Below, one piece after another: positions 37,173-49,160 of a stretch of 64,000 nucleotides of DNA (position 1 is the first letter of the stretch; each line of letters opens with the position of its first letter). Below the pieces are notes generated by a model. It searched no databases. It saw nothing but the letters and a program-made list of their open reading frames with translations, and was not told the DNA's origin. The position numbers and the translations under genes were made by a program. The stretch is from Octopus sinensis (taxonomy: Eukaryota): NCBI RefSeq assembly GCF_006345805.1, contig NC_042998.1:92504001-92568000 (forward strand). The letters are read 5' to 3'.

Positions 37173-37825
37173 GTTTAGTGTCCGCTTTCCATGCTAGCAT
37201 GGGTTGGACGGGTCAAAACTGGGGTCTGTGAAGCTGGAAGGCTTCGTCAGGCCCAGTCAGATCTGGCAGTGTTTCTACGGCTGGATGCCCTTCCTAACGC
37301 CAACCACTCCGCGAGTGTAGTGGGTGTTTTTTACGTGCCACCTGCACAGGTGCCAGACAGAGCTGGCGAACGGCCACGAACGGATGGTGCTTTTACGTGT
37401 CACCGGCACGGGGCCAGGCGATGCTGGCAACGGACACGAACGGATGGTGCTTTTACGTGCCACCGACACGGGGCCAGACAGAGCTGGCAACCGGCCACGA
37501 ACGGACGGTGCTTTTATGTGTCACCGGCACGGGGGCCAGCCGAGGCTGGCAACGGACGCGAACGGATGGTGCTTTTACGTGCCACCAACACGGGGCCAGA
37601 CAGAGCTGGCAAACGGCCACGAACGGATGGTGCTTTTACGTGCCACCGACACGGGGTCAGACAGAGCTGGCAAACGGCCACGAACGGACGGTGCTTTTAC
37701 GTGTCACCGGCACGGGGCCAGGCGAGGCTGGCAACGAACACGAACGGATGGTGCTTTTACGTGCCACCTACACGGGGCCAGGCAGAGCTGGCAAACGACC
37801 ATGAGCGAATGGACCAGCCATGAGC

Positions 37826-37829
<4 letters not shown>
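37135..37829 (-). mobile_element. Young RTE 3' UTR/tail with expanded tandem array
   Basis: (CAT)n at 37135-37172, then the RTE terminal sequence, then the repeat array. CpG-rich, flanked by (TA)n. Confidence 0.88.
37322..37800. repeat. Minisatellite of 8 units of ~60-61 bp
   Basis: Unit approximately cacgaacggatggtgcttttacgtgccaccgacacggggccagacagagctggcaaacggc, present as two alternating variants. Confidence 0.95.
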
Positions 37830-37860
<31 letters not shown>

Positions 37861-37864
<4 letters not shown>

Positions 37865-38253
37865 CAAGGGTGCAAAATAGTACCAGCATTGCTAAAAACA
37901 AGAGTCAAAAAACAACTCAATTAGTCACCAAAAAGCACTTATCTTAAGTTGAGTTGATGAGGCGAGTTATGCTTAACCCTAAGTGCAGTAAGATCCACTG
38001 ACAAGAAGTGAGATGCAACGCATCAGAGTTCGAAATCACGTGATACGGACATATCTGCTTCTTCACTTGTGAGCCTGTCTCACTATGGTATGTAGCTTTC
38101 TCACTCCCTCTTTTTCACCAGCTTATTAAGATAAGTGCTTTTTTGTGGCTAATAGAGTCGTTTTTTAGCTCTTGTTTCTAGCAATGATGGTACTAGTTTG
38201 TACCCTTGTTTATAAATTTGCCTGTAGGTTTTAATTGCTAATACCTACATTAT

Positions 38254-38258
<5 letters not shown>
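37861..38258 (+). mobile_element. Small non-coding element with inverted arms and a central hammerhead
   Basis: Arms 37861-37947 and 38126-38211 are imperfect inverted repeats. Inserted in (TA)n. HHR motif at 37994-38049. Confidence 0.8.
37994..38049 (+). ncRNA. Type I hammerhead ribozyme with one core substitution
   Basis: tcca-CTGACAA-gaagtga gatgc aac gcatc agagttc-GAAA-tcacgtga-TA-cgga. Perfect palindromic stem III atcacgtgat. CTGACAA is consistent with CpG decay of CTGACGA. Confidence 0.7.
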
Positions 38259-38307
<49 letters not shown>

Positions 38308-38815
38308 TATATACACATGCATACATATATATACTGAGCAATATCTGTTAAGATTCATTATATTAAGATTCTTTCTCAAGATCCTAGGAAACATTGCTAA
38401 ACCTTTATCAACTAAAGAATTTCAGTCTGAGAAAGCACTACTATTTTTTCATGGCCAAATATATTATGGAGAATTGAATCAACATCAGAAATGCAACACT
38501 TCTTTCTGATCATTAAAGCCCTCTATCTGATTTATAAATCCTCAATAACTAAACAAATAAAATAAATAAAATTCTATCTAAAAAATCTATTACCACATTC
38601 TCTCTGTATCTCTCTCTATTTTCTACTGTTACTACAATAAATAGGCTTTCCACTTCAGAACTTGTCACTTGCACTCCATATCTGCATAAACCCATCTGAT
38701 ACACCTGCTGCAGCAACTATTACATGCAGCCTTATGCTGAAGACTGTCATCATGCACAATGATTTTCTTTCGCTTATTCTCCAATGCCATTAAACTAAGC
38801 TCTAATATTAAGTCT

Positions 38816-38947
38816 TAATTACTTATCTGTCTCTGAGATAGGAGGCTATATAGGATACCCTTTATTTTTGCACTCAGCATTGTTGTGTGTGAATATAAAG
38901 GGTATTGTCTGTAACTTTCTTACGTCAGAGAGACAGATAGGTAATTA
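38816..38947. repeat. ~130-bp imperfect fold-back (MITE-like hairpin)
   Basis: taattacttatctgtctc...taccctttat / ataaagggta...gagacagataggtaatta. Confidence 0.75.
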
Positions 38948-40039
38948 CTTCAAAGGAAGCTTTCAGAAATTACAGAAAAACATATTATCTAAAGAGACAA
39001 GATGATATTATTCTAAAACATGATACTTAATGATGCTTTTCAAATGTCGGACGAAATTACATTATTCTTTATGCATTCAATGAAAGTAGCAACAAAATAG
39101 CAGAAAAAGAAGAAGAAATATCAATCAATCTGGTGGGATTTTCATTGAGATCCCATATCTGAATCTATTAGTTTATTGATATTAAACAATTGAAATTATT
39201 ACAGCCAATGCTTCTGAGTCACAGATAGCCTAAATTCAACTGCATAATTCTAAAAGATTTCAAGCTAAGTAAATTCTTATACTATTCCCAATTTCTCTTA
39301 TCACTTAACTCATGTAGCAGAATAAAAAGATTGCAAGTTTTATATGCATATTTTTCATCTGTGGAAAAATCAATAGGTGATAGCAATTTAAATGGTTTTA
39401 TTGACTATATGCTTCTTAGAAAACTAATCTTGAGGTTAAAAAAATGGAATTTCATTTTATAAATGTAAAAGACCCTTTCATTGTTCCATTTGCCGTAGCC
39501 ATAGGATTTATTTCTTTTCCTAGTTCATTGATGTCATTAAAAAGAGATCATCTCATTTAAAAAGTCTTCATTTCACAAAAATATAGAACTTTGATTGCCT
39601 GTTTCTTTCTCATACAGACTTTATCAATGATTTACTGTAAATATCATAAGATACATAAGAATTTAGACACACACACACACACACATGCGCGCGCGCGCAG
39701 AACAACAAAAGAAAAAGCTGATAGATACCAAGTTTATTGTAACCTTTACATATAACAGTTCTCATATCACCTAATTTTCTTTATATTTTGTAAATTTTAA
39801 GAAAATTCTTTTAAAAAATATCTTAGAAAATAGATTTTTTTTCCACCATATATTTCCTAACTATTTCTGAATATATTCTTTATTCATTTTCTTATTTAAA
39901 ATAACTGTTACACCAAAGAAACATTAAATTTTCATTCTTGAATCATATAAAATAGTTTACACATTATTTTTTAGATTAAATGGAATATTGGAGCTCTACG
40001 ATTATGCCATTATATCATAAAAAGAATGATTATCTTAAT

Positions 40040-42430
40040 ATCGTCATCATCATCATCATCAGTTTATTTTTAATTTTTCATGTTGATATAGATTAGATAC
40101 TTTATCATAGTCCAAGTCAATTGTTACTTAACATTAGTCTCCTCCTAGTTAGGGCAGTAACCATATCCCTCACAAATTCCATTTTTAAGCTAAGTTTCTA
40201 TAGCTCAATGCCCTTTCTATTGCTAACCACATTACAAAATGCACTTGGTCCAATTTATATGTGGCACTTGGTCCAATTTATATGTGGCACCAGCACTAGA
40301 GAGGTTGTTGTGTCTTCAACAAGACTAAAGAATCCTTTTTATCTAACATTTTCTTCATTTAGTTGTTTACTAGCACCCAAGAAGTTGCCTCATTCTTATC
40401 AGGACTAAAAGGAATCCATTATTTTGTGTTGACTTTGTTCATTCCTGTCTTTCTGACATGACTGGGTGGAAAGAGCCAGAGCAAGCTAGAAGATGGATAC
40501 TGGCAAGGAGATTGAATAGAAGCAATATGAAATGAGTGGGTGGTAAAAGAAAGTAAACTGAAAGCAGTTCAGAATAAGTGGAAGAAAGAAGAGTGTAAAA
40601 GTGGAGAGTCAGGGTGATAAAGGTAAGATGGTGACAGAAGAGATACTAACAGAGGAGAGACAGAGAGAAAAACTTCATAACTAATGTTGGTGAGGTGATT
40701 GAATAGAAACAGCATTTGTGGCATAATGGAAGTGGGGGGAGTGAGAGGTAGGAGACAAGGTGCTGGAAAAGGGTTAATAGAAATGAGAGAGAGTGATAGA
40801 TGTCATCAGTGGTTAAGAGTAGTGTGTGTGTGTGAGAGAGAGAGAGAGAGAAATAGCAGTAAAGATGGATGATGATGATAAGAAGATTGAGTGACGGCTG
40901 TCAATAATGAATGGTAAGAGAGGGAGTAAGGGAAGAGACAGAGATGGGGCCAGTAACAAAAGAAGGATGACATTAAAGAGCAGATTGAATAAACCATACA
41001 GGTGCAATGTGATGCTATCTACATCACATAGGTAGTAGGATGAGAGAGAGAGACACATCTGATAGAGGTACAGTGATATGGGAAAGATGATGGATAAGTG
41101 AGAGAGTAATGAAAAGAGAGTAAGAACAAGCAGTTGGAGACAAAATATGAATGTACTGGGGGAAAACAGACTCAAATGTAGATATACATCCCTAATTCCA
41201 ACACCACTATCTTTATTGTTTTTCATACTTGTATTGATTGGGTAGGCCTTCACCAGTTTAACATTTTCCCACCAGTTGTAGTCCTTTGACATTTCCTTTG
41301 TGAGTATTTACTTCACATGCACTGTTACTGCTACATACAAAGTCTGTCTTCGCTATCAACATGACTGCAATCCCACTACATCTCTTGTGCATCTCAACGC
41401 TTACTTTAACTATTCCATATGGAATTCCTACCTACTCTCTTTTTTTACATACTGAGCATGGCCAGTTCCTCAACAGCAACAAGCTCCTGCAAATTAGTCA
41501 TTACTAAATTTACTTTGAAGCATCTGGATTTTTAAATTTCTACTTCTAAGTTTTGAATTTCCTGTTGTTTGACTGATTCACCATTGAAAACTATGTCATG
41601 AACATGCAAGAACTCCTGTGGACAGCCTATCTTAAATTCTTTTCTTATGACCTAGAGGTCTATAGTAACAGGAGAGGGTTGAAAGTGAGCCTCTATATAC
41701 ACCAACTTGCACATTAAGTTCCTTGCTGAACTCATTGCTAACACACACTTTGCTGATGGCTTGTACCTAGCTTGTATGACATCTCCAATATCTCAGTGAG
41801 TATCACTAATGATTCAACTGCTTTCCCTATCTTTATATCCTTAATTGTACTTTTGACAGCATATCAATCAACTTCAACAGCTACTGCCACTTTTGGGTCT
41901 ACTTGAGTTGGTTCTCCTCTCTTTCTCTGGTCTATTCTCTTCATCCAACAATCTCTTGTAGTGGGATTTCCATGCCTCTTTTCAGTGTTAGTGTAGCATG
42001 TACACACTTTTCCCAATGACACCTTGACACACTCTGGTATACTACCTGAAAACATGAATCATGTTATCCCTCTCATTCTCATACTGCAGAACATGTGCTA
42101 GCTTTCTGGCTTCTCATGCTCAATATATGTAATGTCTAGCTTCTCTTTTAGCTACTCGATATTGTTCCTTGTTCCCCATCTTTTTTCAGTCTCTCCAGCC
42201 TTATCTCTTAGCTTTCATAGCTCTATCTACTTGACTATTCCTCCACCACATTACCCCCACTATGTAACTGGAACTTTGTATCAACTGCTAATTTAGCCTG
42301 TAACCTACAACAGATTCTTACAGACACCCTGAGTTGTCTTCTATGTTATAAACCTTTATCTTCTCTCTCCTGTCGAGTGTATCAACTAGTAGCACCTCTC
42401 TGAAGCTGGGCTTTCAGCTTCCACATATTC
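40040..42430 (-). mobile_element. Old RTE LINE relic (RT and Zn-finger fragments, CT-rich 3' UTR, tail)
   Basis: Minus strand near 41370-41470 reads WPCSVCKK...VGRNSI...HKRCSGI; near 41620-41650 EFKIGCPQE. The 40440-41150 tract is purine-rich on the + strand. RTE-like (CAT)n tail at 40040-40330. Confidence 0.65.
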
Positions 42431-43384
42431 TTTCTTCAGGTTGTGTGGTTTCTCTGGGTATATCTCTCACTTATACTAATCACTAATTTATGTCGAATGG
42501 CAAACTCTTCAACAGGGAAAGACTAAGTATTCACAATTATCTGTCTATCCCTTAATCTCATTAGTATAGAACAAAGTTTATTTGGCTTGCATGCTAACTT
42601 GATAAGAAAGTCAGTTTTCTAAAGTTAGCGTTACAAATGATCAGGTCATTTGCATTTCAGACTTTGAAACCTTCATCCCTCCTCAATCCTTATACTATTC
42701 ACATAGCCTTCATATACATTGGAGAAGAATGTTGTTGAGCATGTCAACAGCTGTGATATCAAGGTTGCTAATATTCATTGTCAAGGTCGTCTGCAGGACT
42801 GCTTCAATAATGAATGAAAGAACTATAGAAGTCCTATTGTTTCTTTTATTAGGTTCTTTTATTAATCTTATCATTTATTAATGAATGGTAGGACTAACAA
42901 AAACAACCCTTCTATTCATTTACCAGCTGTGATAGTGTTGTGATAAGCAGAAATGAATGCTGGCTTTTGTGTTGTCCATGACAAGTCTAAGCTTAACTTT
43001 TCTAAGAATTTCTGTTATGATAATATGCATAAAACCACCTACCACATCAGAAGAATTTTTTTATTTTCATTGAAAAAAGTTCGAATGAATATTTTGTCAT
43101 TCATGTATTTCTGAGAAGTAATATAAATAAACATGTATGGATATTGTGAAGAGAAAAATGCACCTGGGTGTAGATGGGTGCAGAATTTGAAGTATTGAAT
43201 GAAATCTTTAATGAGATTATATATAAAAATGTCAAGTTAAAAAAAAAAGTGTCTCAACACTTTTCAATTTGAACCAAAGAAGTACAAATCTGAATTTTAA
43301 AAATCGAAAATTTTCAAGACAATAACCAAGGTATCACTAGAATAAAGTTAAAGAATTTGTATAACAGACTCAAAACTATTAGTT

Positions 43385-43725
43385 GGCACACTGGGTAAGC
43401 ATCTTCTACTATAGGTTTGGGCTAACCAAAGATTTTGAGTGGATTGGTAGAACTAAAAGAAACCCATTGTATGTATGTATATAGGTCTTTTGCTTGCATC
43501 TCATGTTGACATTGTATAATAGTTGTAAGCAAGTATCATCACACAAGTAGTGTCATTTGTTTCTATTTTCTGGGGAAAATATATCTGGCCATGGGAAACT
43601 ATTAACTTGGTTGGGAACAGATAAGGGTTGGCAACAGGAAGGACATCCAGATAGAATTTATAGAGACAGATTATCTGTCTGATCCATGCAAGCATAGAAA
43701 AGTAGATGTTAAAATGATGATGATG
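43385..43725 (+). mobile_element. Family C SINE
   Basis: CORE-like start gcacactgggtaagcatcttctactatag; end ccatgcaagcatagaaaagtagatgttaaaatgatgatgatg. Confidence 0.75.
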
Positions 43726-43747
43726 TCTATGTAATTTGAAAATTTAA

Positions 43748-43755
43748 AGGAAGGA

Positions 43756-43793
<38 letters not shown>

Positions 43794-43860
43794 AAGAAAG
43801 AGAGAGAGAGAGAAAGAAAGAAGAGAGAGAGAGAGAGAAGAAAGAGAGAGAGAAAGAGAG
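43748..43860. repeat. (GA)n/(GAAA)n purine tract
   Basis: Directly visible. Confidence 0.95.
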
Positions 43861-46584
43861 AATAATATCTACAGAATAGAAGAAACTGAATATCACTTGC
43901 AACTTAAATTAGAACAGATTATAAATGGTAAAGAAACACTATAAGATACAGGAAATAGAACAAACAACTTTCAGTAAGTCCAAACCTGAATTTCAGTGAG
44001 TTGAGATTCATAAAAAAGAAATGACCCAGGAAAGAAAGGAATGTGTAAAAAGTATTTCGAAACAAACAAAAGCATTAAAGATGACAACAAAGAAATATTT
44101 CAATGTAGAGAAGAAAAAAAACACCATTTATATACATGAGATAAGAAGCACTGTGTAGTATTGTTATTAATAAAACAGTGAATAAGCTCTCAGTTGTTAA
44201 AATGTACTGAAGTGTGGTGATATTTATTTTCACTGTTAGCTATGCCTATGGAATGAATCTGCTATACAGTCACTGATTCAGTATTAAGATTTTAAAGAAT
44301 AGTTATGCTTAACATATACTAAATTTTATGTTAGAATTGAAACTGTCTCACCTCTTTCTAAATTCTTCACAGTAAATCACTAAATTCTAGCAGAAAAACA
44401 ATGTGATAATGAGGCATAATTTACTACCGCCAGAGTTGATATGAAATATATTCAGTGGATCATGAAAAATACACAATGGTGAAATATCTGATTATCTGAA
44501 TAAGAAGATGATGTGAATGCAATAAATATTAGTGATAGACAGAATGAAGCAATGAAAAATATAGTTTATTGTTTTTGATGTGCAAATTATAACTCATATC
44601 AATACTAGAGTATTTTATTTTTTTTATTAGATTCATACAAAAAGTATGTTTTGATAGAATAAGAGCTAAAAGAAATTTCAATAACTAAGAGATATATGCA
44701 CATCTTTAGTTTAATTCTGCCGAAAGTGTCTTTCACTGTCAGCTCCACTATAGATTTCCACAAAGTGGGTGACATCTATTTGATTTGTATGTTGATGTGG
44801 ATACGAATAGCAGTTGTTCTATTTAGTTCACCATACATTACTTCCATAGAAACTGCAAATATCATGGGACCTATCATGCATTCTCTCCCACTCTTCACCC
44901 TTCCCTCTCCTCCTTGTCACTGAAACTCTCACCATGGTGAGAGAGTTTAAGCGATCTTCATTAAACCTTCATGTATTCCATACACCCTACCTCTACTCCT
45001 GACTAAATATTTGATATCAACATCTATCATTCACTTTCACAGTTTACCCACCTCTTTCTCTCATCTGCTATTTGCTCAGATGCTGGTGCCACAATAAAAG
45101 GCACCCAACACACAATGTAAAGGGGTTGGTGTCAGGAAGGACATCCAGTCATAGAAATCAAGCTGTAATTGAAACTTAAGAGCAAAATATGGTCCCCTAA
45201 TTCGTCTAGGAGAATAATAATGACCAAGAGACTCAGCAAGAATAACTGCACTAACTAACTGCTATAATGAACAATTATTTCATTAGCTTTTAAGTTCTGC
45301 TTTCGAATTCTGTGTGTAAAACTTCTAGTGAAATGGATTCTGCCAGGTTGATTTTCTCCAGAATTACAGTATAAAAGATGGTTTTCAGTATTGCCTATAC
45401 AAACCAATGAATTACTACACTCACCGCCACCACCACTGCCACCACTGCCACCACCACCACCACCATATGTATATGTCTCTGGTCTTAGGTATGTTTTCTA
45501 GTTGAGCTAATTACATATTTGTGAGAAAATTCAAAGCAACCATTCCTTACTTTTTACTTTCCTAGTTATTCAAAACACAAAAATCAATCCATCAATCCTA
45601 AACCATACAGATAAGCTCAAGAGAACTTAAAAACATTGATGCTAATATGATATGATCTCAGAAGACTAGCCTACACGACCTTGGAGAATTGATACTCTAA
45701 TAAACAAATATATGAAAATATGAGAGAATGAATAAAACAATACATGAACATAAATTCCTAATCTTACACAGTCACTCCCTTACACATCAGTTCACTCATT
45801 TGTCCAAGCACACACACAGAGAATTATCAATAGTTATTATTCTCAAAGGGAGTCTATGTGTATATATATATATATCCAATAATAATGAGTATTAGTGGTC
45901 AGTCATGTATCTTAATACAAACTGTGACAGTTTAACAAATATCAATAACAAGTTGTTTGAAATAAGGAAACTGATAAAACTAAGATGCTGTAATAATACC
46001 AGATGTACTGGTTTATTTCTTTTCCCCAAAACAAATATCTGAGAACATATGAAACAATTGCAATTAAATTTAAAGGAGTAACTTAAAATTATAGACATTT
46101 ACAAAGATAAAGTGAGATTGAACATAACAAAAATTCTATTGTAATGAATTTAACAATAACAGTAACAAAATAGAAACAAAAATTGCTCTTGAAGGCATAG
46201 ATTTTAATAACATCTATTATATTAAGAAATGGTCAGACTTTGGAATTCAATCAGAAAGTAAAACTCAAATTATTGTAATAGCTCCTAACATCTTTAAAAT
46301 TGTTATTCTTACGACAAAATTAAAAGCTAACTTATAAGAAAACCTTTCTGATTTTTCATGATGATGTTAAATATTATATAGACATGACTCCGTGTGTATA
46401 CACACACACACACACACTCACACACACACACACACACAAAGGAAAACATTGAGTCTAATGATATCGCCAACCATTTCTGTTACTACTTCTTGAATAAATG
46501 ATTCAATATTTCAGATCAATAGCTTAAAATTGGTTCCCGCACTGAGTTCAACTAATATGATGTTAATAAATAATAAGCCAAGTA

Positions 46585-46607
46585 TGTATATGTGTGTGTG
46601 TGTATAT

Positions 46608-46653
<46 letters not shown>

Positions 46654-46782
46654 AGAACAAAAGAGAGTTGTAGATTGGTATTATATATATATACACATAT
46701 ATATATACATATATATATATATATTTATTTATATATATATATATATTATATATATATACAAGCAAGTGTGTGTGTATGTGTG
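46585..46782. repeat. Compound (TA)n/(CA)n microsatellite
   Basis: Directly visible. Confidence 0.9.
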
Positions 46783-47774
46783 TTAAATTTCTATAAAAAT
46801 TAATTCAATTTAAATTTTGATTTATTAAAAATTCTTTGCATGTGTCATTCAGTACATCAACTCCCATACACCTACTTGAATTATTATTCAAATACACACA
46901 CACACACATACACATACAGTATTTTAAGTATAGCCTTTTGTTATAAAAAGATGAAAATAAAAACAAAAAATTTATTTTTTCCTTAAAATTGCAGACAGTC
47001 TTAAATATGGTACTAATGTTAATACCATAGGGGTTAATTGAATTAGATTAGATTTTTCAGCCATGGAAACAAATCAGCTACTATTAATTGTAGTTGATTT
47101 CCTAAATCATATCCTGTTGACAATGAATGAATGAGTGTTGCTTATAAATGAAAATAAAAAGAAAAGAAAATTCAAGGGAAAACAAAATGATCAAATTTTA
47201 GATAAAGTAAATGGAAATAGTTATTTAAATTATAAAATAGCCGTAAACTATTTTACAAATATAAATACAAATATAGATACAAACATAACCCTACGAAATC
47301 CAAATCTGAAACTTTTCCAATCTTGTGTTATGTGTTTTGAAAAGAGTGAAAATGTGTGTTGTTGTTATTATTAATTATTATTATTATTATTATTGTTGTT
47401 GTTATTTATCTTTTATCTAAATTTATCTTTCCATATTTCTGTTGATACATGATTGTAAAATCACCTAATTTCAATCCTAGCTGAAGGACATGTTTATATG
47501 CAAAAGAAAAAATTAAAAAAATTAATAAATAAATAGAAAATAAACATAGAAACTAAACAATATCAAAGAATGTACTGTTAGAAACTTGTTTGAATATAAA
47601 ATACAAAGGTGAAATTTATAATGTGCTCAAAGTACACAATTCTAGCAATAATTTTCTCAGCAATACTAACATGTGCTCTCCTGCCATTGCACAAAAATTA
47701 CCAAATTCTCATTAGTTTATTAAACTGATATAATTTTGAATTGCCAGTTTTATTACAATGATAAAAATTTATAG

Positions 47775-48245
47775 CACTCAAATTCGATGACTGGCATCCA
47801 TGCTAGTAGAGTGCTAAGAGTACCATATGAGTGAAATCGCTGCCGGAGCAACAAGCTGGCCTCCATGCTGATGGCACGTAAAAAGCACCATTCGAGCATG
47901 ATCGTTACCTGTGTCACCTTACTGGACCTTGTACTGGTGGTACGTGAAAAAACATTCAAGCAAGGTTGTTGCCAGTGCTGCTGGACTGGCTCCTGTGCAG
48001 GTGGCACATAAAAAGCACCATTTGAACGTGGCCACTGCCAGTACTGCCTGACTGGCCCTCGTGCCAGTGACACGTAAAAGCACCCACTACACTCTCAGAG
48101 TGGTTGGCGTTAGGAAGGGCATCCAGCTGTAGAAACTCTGCCAGATCAGATTGGAGTCTGGTGTAGCCATCTGGTTCGCCAGACCTCAGTCAAATCGTCC
48201 AACCCATACCAGCATGGAAAGTGGACGTTAAACGATGATGATGAT
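47775..48245 (+). mobile_element. RTE LINE 3' UTR and tail
   Basis: Reverse complement of 30215-30665. Contains decayed ~60-bp repeats and ends aacgatgatgatgat. Confidence 0.9.
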
Positions 48246-48324
48246 TTTCCAAATTCCAAACAACCAGACAAAAATTAGATCATCAAATTTTTGGGGGGTT
48301 AGTCATGTTCACCACAAATATCAC

Positions 48325-49160
48325 CACCATCATCATTTAATATCCATGTTTCGTGCAGGCATGGGTTGGATGGTTTGACAGGATCCAATAGGTCCAAAGG
48401 CTGCATCATGCTCAAGTGTCTGTTTTGGCATGTCTATAGATGGATGTCCTTTCTAATGCCAACAACTTTACATTATGTACTGAGTGCTTTTGCTTCTTTT
48501 TTTTTTTTTTTTTTTTGTAGCACCAGCACTAGTGAGGTTGCATGCAGTTTGCAAGACTAAGGTCCCCTTCAGCTGAGTGGGACTATAGTAGGGAGGAGGG
48601 CAGTTTTATGCTATGCAATGAGGGATTAGAAGGAGAGAGAAGGGGTTAGAAGAGAACAGGTTTCTTGCTGTAGGGGAGATACACAACTACCCACCTTATA
48701 GAAGAGAGGGTGCAAGTAGCAGGGTTAAAGCTGGATAGAGATATAAATAAGTAGCAATGGGGAGTCAGGGTGGATCCTCAAGAGAGGAGGTGAGAAGTGA
48801 ATGAGGACAGGAGAAGAAGGTGTGTGAGAGGGCAGTGATAACTAGAGTGTGTGGGAGATGGTTAGACAAGGTGGGAGGAATGAACAAGTATTGAGAGAGT
48901 AGGAAATAGTGACAAACTGGGATAGGGTGGATGTAAGGTGGATAAAGGGTAGAGGATAACCAATGATACATATGCGGCGGAGAGAGGTAGGGGAAAAGTG
49001 ATGACTGACAGTACAGAAAGGGTGAGGTGGAAATCAGCAGAATAGTAATATATGATACAGTAGATAGGAGAAAGATGAAAGGATGAGAGAAAGTGAAATG
49101 ATATATAATTGGCTAGGTGGTGGTGGGATCCGGTATAGTGAATGGGAAGATGGAGAGACA
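48325..49160 (-). mobile_element. Older RTE-like 3' tail plus GA-rich UTR
   Basis: catcatttaatatcc...gcatgggttggatgg tail followed by a purine-rich tract like 40440-41150. Confidence 0.55.

Noticed and set aside
37322-37800. CRISPR-like array, or the 135-210 aa ORFs overlapping it
   Set aside because: Units repeat along their whole length with no unique spacers, there are no cas genes and the context is eukaryotic. The ORFs are by-products of a GC-rich minisatellite in an RTE UTR.
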